A program made the position numbers and the translations under genes. Shown here in pieces: positions 52,938 to 61,112 of a stretch of DNA of 64,000 bases; within the stretch, counting starts at the first letter, position 1; the number at the start of each line of letters is the position of its first letter. Source of the stretch: a bacterium (GTDB taxonomy: Bacteria; Zhuqueibacterota; Zhuqueibacteria; Residuimicrobiales; Krinioviventaceae); the NCBI GenBank assembly GCA_963675755.2, contig CAXXMD010000001.1:224001-288000 (forward strand). Reading direction: 5' to 3'. A model generated the notes under the pieces. It was given only the letters and a program-made list of their open reading frames with translations, ran no database searches and was not told where the DNA came from.

Positions 52938-54401
52938 ATGAGTGGAATAACACGAAGAGATTTTGTGAAAAATTCCGTTGGTGCTGGTATCGCATTATCC
53001 TTATCCAGTGCTTCAATGTCTAAAGTATTAGGTGCAAATGATACTATCAATATGGCTGTCATCGGTATACGAAGTAAAGGTGCACAACATATAAATGTTT
53101 TTCATGAATTACCAAATGTGAATGTTGTTGCATTGTGTGATGTTGATAAAGAAATTTTGGATCGAGAAGTTAAAAAATTTACAGATCGTGGTGAAAAAGT
53201 CAAGGCATATACCGATTTCCGCAAGGTATTAGATGACAAAGATGTAGATGCTGTATGTATTGCAACTCCCAATCACTGGCATTCATTAATATCTATTATG
53301 GCTTGCCAGGCAAAAAAAGACGTTTATGTTGAAAAACCCATTTCTCACAATGTGTGGGAGGGACGTCAACTGGTCAAAGCTGCTCAAAAATATAAACGAA
53401 TAGTACAGGCAGGAACCCAAAACAGATCTGATGTGGGTTTGCGTGAAGTTTGGCAATACCTGAATGATGGTGGTATTGGTAAAATTAAAGCTGCACGCGG
53501 ATTTTGTTATAAACGAAGAGCAAGTATTGGTAAAGTAGCCGGACCTCAACCTATTCCTTCTACAGTTGATTATGATATGTGGAGTGGTCCCTCAGCGTTG
53601 CAACCACTGATGCGTGAAAGTTTACATTATGATTGGCATTGGCAATGGCATCAGGGTAATGGTGATTTAGGCAATCAGGGAATTCACGAAATGGATTTGT
53701 GCCGCTGGTTCCTGGGTGCTGATGGATATCCCAAAAATGTTATGAGTATCGGTGGACGTCTTGGTTATGATGATGATGGTACCACTGCAAATACACAGCT
53801 TATCTTGATGGAATATGAGCAAGCTCCAATTCTGTTCGAAGTACGCGGACTACCTACTAAAAAAGGTGAATCGGGTATGGACAATTATAAAGGCATTCGT
53901 ATCGGTGTTGTTATTGAAGGAGAAGACGGTTATTTTGCCGGTGGTCGCGGTGGCGGCTGGATTTATGATAATGCCGGTAAAAAAGTTAAACAATTCAAAG
54001 GTGATGGTGGCGGTACCCACCAGGCTAATTTTATTGATGCTGTAAGAAGCCGCAAAACCAGTGATTTAATTGCGCCAGTAATTGAAGGTCATTTGTCTTC
54101 TGCTTTGTGTCATCTTGGAAATATTTCATACAGACTGGGCGAAGAAACCCCAACTGAAGATATTAAAGAAGCAATAAAGTCTGAAAAATTACTGCCAGAA
54201 GGATTCTATAGAATGCAGGATCATTTGTTCCAGAATTGGGTGGACTTGAAAGAAACACCGGCAAAACTTGGACCTAAATTGACCTTTGATTCCGCTTCAG
54301 AAAAATTCATTTCAAATGAAAAATATGATAGTGGATACTGGGCAAATACCATGTTGAAACGTAAATATCGTGAACCTTTTGTAGTTCCTGAAAAGGTTTG
54401 A
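52938..54401 (+). CDS. Tat-exported Gfo/Idh/MocA-family oxidoreductase
   Basis: TRRDFVK Tat signal, IATPNHWH, VYVEKP, GTQNRS, QGIHEMD. Confidence 0.9.
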   Translation: MSGITRRDFVKNSVGAGIALSLSSASMSKVLGANDTINMAVIGIRSKGAQHINVFHELPNVNVVALCDVDKEILDREVKKFTDRGEKVKAYTDFRKVLDDKDVDAVCIATPNHWHSLISIMACQAKKDVYVEKPISHNVWEGRQLVKAAQKYKRIVQAGTQNRSDVGLREVWQYLNDGGIGKIKAARGFCYKRRASIGKVAGPQPIPSTVDYDMWSGPSALQPLMRESLHYDWHWQWHQGNGDLGNQGIHEMDLCRWFLGADGYPKNVMSIGGRLGYDDDGTTANTQLILMEYEQAPILFEVRGLPTKKGESGMDNYKGIRIGVVIEGEDGYFAGGRGGGWIYDNAGKKVKQFKGDGGGTHQANFIDAVRSRKTSDLIAPVIEGHLSSALCHLGNISYRLGEETPTEDIKEAIKSEKLLPEGFYRMQDHLFQNWVDLKETPAKLGPKLTFDSASEKFISNEKYDSGYWANTMLKRKYREPFVVPEKV

Positions 54402-54418
54402 GCTATAGAGTAATTTAC

Positions 54419-54453
54419 AAGCCGGTTGCTTAAAAGTAACCGGCTTTTTTTTT
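54419..54453 (+). terminator. Intrinsic terminator
   Basis: AAGCCGGTTGCT-TAAA-AGTAACCGGC followed by a long T-run. Confidence 0.85.
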
Positions 54454-54550
54454 ATTTTCTACAGCTACCAGGGGGAAATCAAACTGTTTTATTCTGATTT
54501 CCAAGTTTTAAATATATTTTAACAACTGTGATGTGATGTGATGTTTTTTA

Positions 54551-54584
54551 TTGCATTTTTCAATATTTTATTGTATGATACAAT
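54551..54584 (+). promoter_or_regulatory. sigma70 promoter with overlapping palindromic operator
   Basis: TTGCAT-N17-TATGAT; ATTGTATGATACAAT dyad (54570-54584) covers the -10 box. Confidence 0.7.
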
Positions 54585-54587
54585 GTT

Positions 54588-55601
54588 ATGAAAAGTATGC
54601 CCGTATATAAAAGACTGTTTGAGAATTATAAGCAGGCTATTCTTACCCAGCAATATGCTCCGGGTTCAAGGATTGATTCAATTAACAGCATGATGGATCG
54701 ACACCGCGTATCCAGAGAGACCGCCAAGTTGGTATTGAATCTTTTAGCACAGGAAAAGTTAATTGAAAAGATTGCTGGTAAAGGATCTTTTGTTGCTGAT
54801 CTGGGTCCCAGAAAACCGGTTTGGGGTGTGATTGTACCATTCTTGTCTGCTCAGATTGATGACCTGCTGCTACATTTAGGTAGATTTGCAAGTGATGCTG
54901 GTAACCGTCTTGAATGTTTTGTGGATTATAACAGTTGGCAGGAAGAAATTCGTTTAACCGGTACCCTGATCAATCAGGGATATGAAGCAGTCGTGGTTAT
55001 TCCAACTTTTGATGAGCGTAAAACTGCCTCATTTTATCAAAATCTCGTCTCTGGTGGAACTGTTGTAACTTTACTGGATCATACTATGGCGGGTTCTTAT
55101 TTTACCTATGCAATTCAGAGTTATGATCTGGGAGTAAAGCGTGCAGCGCAATATCTTGATAAAAGTGATGGAAAACTCGCATTTGTAAAAAATGCCATGT
55201 GGGCCGGACGTAATATGGTGCAGGAAGTAATGGAAGAAACGTTTAAAACTTTTAACGGCACTGAAAATACAAAGGTAGTGGATCGATTTGATATTATTAC
55301 CCCTGATTTTATAGAAAAAAATAATATAAAAGGATTGTTTTGCTGTGATGACATTGATGCAATCCGAATTGTTGGCAGATTAAAAGAAGCCGGATTAGTA
55401 TTTCCTGATGATATATCCATTGTCAGTTACGGGAATACAGATATGGCAAAATATTTTACCCCAAGCATTACTTCGGTTGATTGTCACAATGAACAATTGG
55501 CCCTGAAAACATCAGAAATCATAATAAACTATCGCAATGGAATTGATGTTTCAAAAAGTCAGTATGTCATACAACCAGAGCTTGTAGTACGTGAAACCTA
55601 A
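54588..55601 (+). CDS. GntR-HTH / LacI-type sensor hybrid regulator (AraR-like architecture)
   Basis: VSRETAK..L..L..E.LI....GKGSFV wHTH; periplasmic-binding-like C-terminus PDDISIVSY..PSITSV..PELVVRET. Confidence 0.88.
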   Translation: MKSMPVYKRLFENYKQAILTQQYAPGSRIDSINSMMDRHRVSRETAKLVLNLLAQEKLIEKIAGKGSFVADLGPRKPVWGVIVPFLSAQIDDLLLHLGRFASDAGNRLECFVDYNSWQEEIRLTGTLINQGYEAVVVIPTFDERKTASFYQNLVSGGTVVTLLDHTMAGSYFTYAIQSYDLGVKRAAQYLDKSDGKLAFVKNAMWAGRNMVQEVMEETFKTFNGTENTKVVDRFDIITPDFIEKNNIKGLFCCDDIDAIRIVGRLKEAGLVFPDDISIVSYGNTDMAKYFTPSITSVDCHNEQLALKTSEIIINYRNGIDVSKSQYVIQPELVVRET

Positions 55602-55613
55602 GCAGGTAAAAAA

Positions 55614-56975
55614 ATGAATAGTAGAGATCTTGTAATAAATGCGATACAAAGAAAGCCTATTGAGCGAGTACCCTGGGTACCTTTTGTGGGTGTGCATGGC
55701 GCCGCATTGCTGGGTACAGATGCAAAAACATATTTATATTCTCCGGAAATGATATTTCAGGGAGCCAAGCTTGCTGTAGAAAAATATCATGCTGATGGCC
55801 TGCCGGTTACCTTTGACCTGCAAATTGAACCGGAATGTCTGGGTTGTGAATTAAAATGGAACGATAAAAATCCACCTGCCGTTGTAACTCATCCATTGAC
55901 TGCCGGTGTCAAGTTGGAAGATTTAAAAGTACCGGGCCCTGATGATGGACGAATTCCAATTGTAATGGAAGCTGCTCGCAAGATTCGTAAAGAATTCCCG
56001 GATATTGCACTTTATGGATTGGTTGCAGGTCCTTTTACCCTGGCACTTCATTTATTGGGCACAGAAGTATTTATGAAAATGTTTGATTCTCCGGAATATG
56101 TTTATTCAGTCCTGGAATTCTGTTCGCAAGTTACCATGGCAATGACCGATTATTATTGTGATGCCGGATGTGATATTATTGCGGTTGTTGATCCCATGAC
56201 CAGCCAGATTGGTGAGGACCAATTCAGGCAATTTGTTACAAAACCTGCCACCATCGTATTTGATCATATTCGTGCCAAAGGAAAGTATTCGTCCTTTTTT
56301 GTTTGCGGGCATGCGCAGCATAATATTAAAGCCATGTGTGAATGTGGGCCGGATAATATTTCAGTTGATGAAAACGTTCCTCTGGATTATGTAAGAGATA
56401 TTGCCAAAGCTCACAATATCAGTATGGGGGGAAATTTAAAACTGACTGTAGTACTGTTGTTTGGTGATCAGGTTGATTCACAGCAGAATGCAATGCGCTG
56501 TATACAACAGAGTGAGGGAGAAGGCTTTATTCTTTCACCAGGCTGCGATTTGCCCTTTGATACGCCTCCTGAAAATTTGGCTGTGGTAGGAAATCTTGTC
56601 CGTGATCCTTATCAACAACAGGTTGTGCTCAGTATGGCTGCCCACGCCGAGGATGATGACCTTCCGGATTTGAGTAATTATGGTACTGATGGGCCAGTAC
56701 AGATTGATATCATAACACTGGACTCTGAATCTTGTCCGCCTTGTCAATATATGGTTGAAGCTGTGCAGCGGATTATTCCCGAATTTCATGGCAAAGCTGA
56801 ATGGCGCGAGCACCCCATAAAAGAACCGGCAGCAGTCAAATTTATGAAAGCGCTGGGAGTAAAGAATATACCCACTATATGTATTGATAGTAAACCGGCG
56901 TTTGTTTCCATCATTCCCAAAAGAGATGAGCTCATGCAGGCAATTCAAGATCGTATTGATGAGAAAAAGGTCTAG
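55614..56975 (+). CDS. URO-D/MtaA-family methylcobamide methyltransferase fused to a C-terminal thioredoxin-like domain
   Basis: RVPWVPFVG, GPFTLA, FFVCG, GGNL, ILSPGCDLP..TP.EN; C-terminal CPPCQYM and GVKNIPTICI (cis-Pro). Confidence 0.82.
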   Translation: MNSRDLVINAIQRKPIERVPWVPFVGVHGAALLGTDAKTYLYSPEMIFQGAKLAVEKYHADGLPVTFDLQIEPECLGCELKWNDKNPPAVVTHPLTAGVKLEDLKVPGPDDGRIPIVMEAARKIRKEFPDIALYGLVAGPFTLALHLLGTEVFMKMFDSPEYVYSVLEFCSQVTMAMTDYYCDAGCDIIAVVDPMTSQIGEDQFRQFVTKPATIVFDHIRAKGKYSSFFVCGHAQHNIKAMCECGPDNISVDENVPLDYVRDIAKAHNISMGGNLKLTVVLLFGDQVDSQQNAMRCIQQSEGEGFILSPGCDLPFDTPPENLAVVGNLVRDPYQQQVVLSMAAHAEDDDLPDLSNYGTDGPVQIDIITLDSESCPPCQYMVEAVQRIIPEFHGKAEWREHPIKEPAAVKFMKALGVKNIPTICIDSKPAFVSIIPKRDELMQAIQDRIDEKKV

Positions 56976-56982
56976 GTAGAGC

Positions 56983-57894
56983 TTGGCAGATTCAATTAAA
57001 ATACCATTCTTTCTGGTTACCGGATTCCTTGGCAGTGGAAAAACCAGCTTTTTAAAGCGCTTTCTTTCCATATATTCAAAACATTACCGGATTGCCATTG
57101 TGCAAAATGAATTTTCATCAGTTAATATTGATGGAAAAGAATTGCATCATATCGACAAATCGGTCAAGATTGTAGAGATGAATAACGGTTCTGTTTTTTG
57201 TGTTTGCATGATCTCGGATTTCAAACAAACGTTGCATGATCTTGTAGATCATAAAGTTTTTGATGCAATTATTGTTGAAGCAACGGGCTTGGCTGACCCT
57301 ATTGCGGTTACACAGGTTTTTCATGATCCTTTTCTTGCAGAAAATTTGTATCTTGCACATATCTGGACGATAGTGGATGCCGAAAATTATTCTAAAATTG
57401 AAAAGATAAAAAGTGCGGAACGACAAATTCGTTTTGCAGATACTATCATCTTGAACAAAATGGACCGATTTACAGGAGATGTAGAGGCTCTGACTCTAAA
57501 CGTGGCCCAAATGAACAAGACTGCAAATCTGGAATTAGCGGAATTTAGTAATGTATCCCTGCCAGATGATTTATCCTCTATACTTGCGGTTCCTGTTAAA
57601 GATAAGAAATTGAGTGGTATACCTGCTAAACGTCCGGCAGTTGATACCATTGTAATCAAAGATGAAAAAAGTATTACCCGGCAACAATTTGAAATGTTTA
57701 TCAACAAGATTAAAGGGAATATATATAGATTAAAAGGTTTTTTGAAAATGGATGGAAATACTTTTCTGATTCAAAAAACATTTGGACAAATTGAATATAA
57801 TCAATTACATTACAATAATAATACTGAACTGATTATTATAGGCACTGATCTGGATAATGAAAAGGTTCAGCAGTTATGGCAAGATCCACTCTGA
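56983..57894 (+). CDS. CobW/COG0523-family GTPase
   Basis: TGFLGSGKT, VQNEF, GSVFCVC, EATGLADP, LNKMD, YRLKG. Confidence 0.88.
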   Translation: MADSIKIPFFLVTGFLGSGKTSFLKRFLSIYSKHYRIAIVQNEFSSVNIDGKELHHIDKSVKIVEMNNGSVFCVCMISDFKQTLHDLVDHKVFDAIIVEATGLADPIAVTQVFHDPFLAENLYLAHIWTIVDAENYSKIEKIKSAERQIRFADTIILNKMDRFTGDVEALTLNVAQMNKTANLELAEFSNVSLPDDLSSILAVPVKDKKLSGIPAKRPAVDTIVIKDEKSITRQQFEMFINKIKGNIYRLKGFLKMDGNTFLIQKTFGQIEYNQLHYNNNTELIIIGTDLDNEKVQQLWQDPL

Positions 57895-57934
57895 TAATAA
57901 AACAATAAATAAATAAATACAACTAGAGGTCGAC

Positions 57935-58600
57935 ATGAGTGAAATGATTGAAATTTTGGCAACTTGTATTGAACGTGGTAAAGTAGACAAAAACTCTCCA
58001 TTTCCTCCGGATTTAAAAGATCAGGATGGTGCGGATGAATATGCAAAAAAGGCAGTAGATGATGGATTGGCACCAGATGATATATTAAAGGCCTGTATGA
58101 TTGGTATGCAGCGAATTGGTGAAAAATTCAGCAAAAACCAGGCTTTTGTGCCTGAATTATTAATGTCAGCCAAAGCGATGAATGCTGTTATGGTACATTT
58201 GCGTCCATTTTTTCAAAGCGGCAGTGTTAAACACAAAGGTACTTTTATTGTGGGTACTGTTACAGGTGATCTGCACGATATTGGTAAGAATCTGGTAGCC
58301 ATGGTTATAGAAGGTAATGGCTGGCAGGTTGTTGATTTGGGTGTTGATGTTTCTGCTGATAAATTTGTAAATGCTGTTAAAGAATATCCCAATTGTGTTG
58401 TAGGACTTAGTGCGTTACTTACAACGACCATGGTAAATATGGAATCCATTATTCAGGCAATTAAAAATGAAAATCCTGATGTACCGGTTATTGTTGGCGG
58501 AGCACCATTGTCTCAGGATTTTGCCAATAAAATCAATGCAGATGGTTATGCTTCCGATCCACATAATGCTGTTCAGTTAATTTCTAAATATGCTGCCTAA
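57935..58600 (+). CDS. Corrinoid (B12-binding) protein
   Basis: Cap domain FVPELLMSAKAM; GDLHDIGKNLV (DxHxxG), DLGVDV, GLSALLTTT, VGGAP. Confidence 0.93.
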   Translation: MSEMIEILATCIERGKVDKNSPFPPDLKDQDGADEYAKKAVDDGLAPDDILKACMIGMQRIGEKFSKNQAFVPELLMSAKAMNAVMVHLRPFFQSGSVKHKGTFIVGTVTGDLHDIGKNLVAMVIEGNGWQVVDLGVDVSADKFVNAVKEYPNCVVGLSALLTTTMVNMESIIQAIKNENPDVPVIVGGAPLSQDFANKINADGYASDPHNAVQLISKYAA

Positions 58601-58613
58601 TCTCTTCCCTTTT

Positions 58614-58641
58614 GCCCCTGTAACAAACAGGGGCTTTTTTT
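58614..58641 (+). terminator. Intrinsic terminator
   Basis: GCCCCTG-TAACAAA-CAGGGGC followed by a T-run. Confidence 0.85.
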
Positions 58642-58764
58642 CCGTTAATATTAACAATTAAATAAAAAATATTGGAATTCATTGCTGAATTGTTAAATTT
58701 CAATATTGAATTCGTATTCAAAGCTATATTTGAATTGTACCCAGACACTGTCAGGAGGAACAGG

Positions 58765-61020
58765 ATGATCAAATCCATTTTTCGTATTACTCTAGTATTG
58801 CTGTTGTTTATTTCCGTTTCATTTTCACAAAGTATTTATGATAAATTTGTGACATCTGAAAAACCTTCTACCCCTGTAGACTATGTTGATCCTTATATTG
58901 GCGGCATCAGCCATACATTACAGCCAACTCGTCCTACAGTGCATTTACCGCTGTCAATGATCCGGTTGCTTCCTAATTTTTCATCACAGATCCCGGACAT
59001 TTATCTTGCTTCACGAATTGAAAGCTTTTCAATAAACATACCTTCCCATCGTGAACCCTACGTTTCAAGTATTATGGCGTTAACCGGTGATTCCAAAGTT
59101 GATGAATATACCGGTACCAAATTCGATCATGATTTTGAAAAAGTAACTCCCTATTTATATTCAGTTCTCCTGGAAGATGAAAACATAATTGCAGAATATT
59201 CTCCCGCTCATAAAGCGCAAATGTTTCGTTTTCAGGCATTGGATGACAAACCCGTATCTGTATTGCTTACATTCAAAACCAGTGCACAGATCAAGATATT
59301 GGATGATAAAACCCTTACAGGTTATGAATCTTTTAAAGATATGAAGCAATATTTCTATTTGCAATTTGATCAACCCATGGATCTGCAATACAGTAACGCG
59401 CAGGCCAAAGATGATCAATATGCCGGTGATAATATTCAGATCCAATGTGTTTTTAAAAATCCAAAATCCAATACAGTTCTCGTAAGAACAGGTATCTCTT
59501 ATATCGATGACGACCAGGCTAAAGAAAATCTTGTCAAAGAGATTAACCATTGGGATTTTGATCGTCTGGTTTCAGATGCCAAAGCCGAGTGGAATAAAAC
59601 TTTGGGGAAAATATCTATAACCGGTGGTACAGTGGACCAAAAAGTTGTATTTTACACCTCTCTTTATCGTTGTATGGAACGTATGGTAAATATAAACGAA
59701 TATGGACGTTATTACAGTGGTTTTGATGACAAGGTCCACAAAGATGATCGCGCTTTTTATGTAGATGATTGGGTATGGGACACCTATCGTTCCCTGCATC
59801 CATTGCGTCTTTTAATTATGCCGGATGTGGAACAGGATATGGTCCAGTCTTATGTTACCATGTATGAACAAAGCGGATGGGTACCCAGTTTCCCCAAAGT
59901 ATATGGTGATTACGGAGCAATGATTGGCCATCACCAGGCAGCTTTGATTACCGATACTTATTTTAAAGGATACCGTAATTTTGATGTAAAAACTGCCTAT
60001 GAAGGATTGAAAAAGAATGCAATGGAAGGAACCATGATTCCATGGCGTGAAGGACCTACAACTGTATTGGATGATCATTACAGAAGTCATGGTTATTTCC
60101 CGGCAATTGGTCCTGATGAAGAAGAAACCATTCCTGAAGTTCATAGCTTTGAACGACGTCAAGCAGTTGCGGTTACTCTTGAACATGCACATGATGATTG
60201 GTGCTTGTCCAATCTGGCAAAAGAGTTGAACAAGGATGATGATTATGAAATGTTTAAAAAACGTGGACAAAATTATCGCAATCTGTTTAATCCTGAAATA
60301 GGATTTATGGCTCCCAAAGATATCAACGGTAACTGGATTCAGCCGTTTGATCCCAAAATGTCCGGAGGAATTGGCGGCCGTTTGTATTATGCCGAAATGA
60401 ACAGCTATACCTATACCTGGTATGTTCCACAGGATATTGATGGTTTGACCGAACTTTTGGGCGGCAAAGATGCGTTTGTAAACAAGCTTGATGCCATGTT
60501 TGAAGAAGGCTTTGGTCGTATAAAATGGCGCCACTTTGCTCAATTTCCGGATGCTACCGGTATGGTTGGTCAGTTTTCTATGGGTAATGAACAAAGTTTT
60601 CATATCCCTTATCTTTATTCTGTTCAAGGTGTTGCCTGGAAATCTCAGAAACGTGTTCGTCAATTGATGGATCAATGGTTCCGTAATGATTTAATGGGCG
60701 TAAGTGGTGATGAAGATGGTGGTGGTTTATCTTCATTTTATGTGTTCAGTGCATTGGGTTTTTACCCGGTATGTGCTGGTAACCCGGTTTATTATATTGG
60801 TACTCCATTGTTTAAAACGGCTATTCTGGATATGGGTAACGGTAAAAAACTGGAACTGGTTGCCAACAATGTTTCTGACCAGAATAAATACATCCAGTCT
60901 ATGAAACTCAATGGCAAAACGTGGAATAAAGCCTGGTTTAATCATAAAGATATTAAAGATGGCGGCAAGATCGTCTTTGAAATGGGCCCCCGTCCCAATA
61001 AAAGCTGGGGCACCAAATAA
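58765..61020 (+). CDS. GH92-family glycoside hydrolase (putative alpha-mannosidase)
   Basis: Signal peptide after AGGAGG RBS; YVDPYIG, WDTYR.LHP, YAEMN, MGNEQSFH, GDEDGG.LSSFYVFSALGFYP. Confidence 0.92.
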   Translation: MIKSIFRITLVLLLFISVSFSQSIYDKFVTSEKPSTPVDYVDPYIGGISHTLQPTRPTVHLPLSMIRLLPNFSSQIPDIYLASRIESFSINIPSHREPYVSSIMALTGDSKVDEYTGTKFDHDFEKVTPYLYSVLLEDENIIAEYSPAHKAQMFRFQALDDKPVSVLLTFKTSAQIKILDDKTLTGYESFKDMKQYFYLQFDQPMDLQYSNAQAKDDQYAGDNIQIQCVFKNPKSNTVLVRTGISYIDDDQAKENLVKEINHWDFDRLVSDAKAEWNKTLGKISITGGTVDQKVVFYTSLYRCMERMVNINEYGRYYSGFDDKVHKDDRAFYVDDWVWDTYRSLHPLRLLIMPDVEQDMVQSYVTMYEQSGWVPSFPKVYGDYGAMIGHHQAALITDTYFKGYRNFDVKTAYEGLKKNAMEGTMIPWREGPTTVLDDHYRSHGYFPAIGPDEEETIPEVHSFERRQAVAVTLEHAHDDWCLSNLAKELNKDDDYEMFKKRGQNYRNLFNPEIGFMAPKDINGNWIQPFDPKMSGGIGGRLYYAEMNSYTYTWYVPQDIDGLTELLGGKDAFVNKLDAMFEEGFGRIKWRHFAQFPDATGMVGQFSMGNEQSFHIPYLYSVQGVAWKSQKRVRQLMDQWFRNDLMGVSGDEDGGGLSSFYVFSALGFYPVCAGNPVYYIGTPLFKTAILDMGNGKKLELVANNVSDQNKYIQSMKLNGKTWNKAWFNHKDIKDGGKIVFEMGPRPNKSWGTK

Positions 61021-61028
61021 ATTTTCTC

Positions 61029-61060
61029 ATCCGCTCCCTGCAACGGGGAGCGGATTTTTT
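61029..61060 (+). terminator. Intrinsic terminator-like hairpin
   Basis: ATCCGCTCCCTG-CAA-CGGGGAGCGGATTTTTT. Confidence 0.8.
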
Positions 61061-61112
61061 GCTGTTTTGATAAACGATACATTTCACTCTTTACCTGCTG
61101 CAAGAGTTGGTT

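Noticed and set aside
54454-55613. Cobalamin riboswitch upstream of the corrinoid genes
   Set aside because: No room and no B12-box or GGGAA...GCCACTG consensus seen
58672-58764. Extended N-terminus of GH92 (also over-long starts at 46173, 32190, 32716, 40448)
   Set aside because: Downstream ATGs have clear RBSs or fit gene packing and signal peptides better
59812-60675. 287-aa antisense ORF (and similar ones at 2620-3273, 16732-17304, 46809-47375, 56535-57071)
   Set aside because: Shadow ORFs opposite well-conserved genes; no recognisable motifs or RBS
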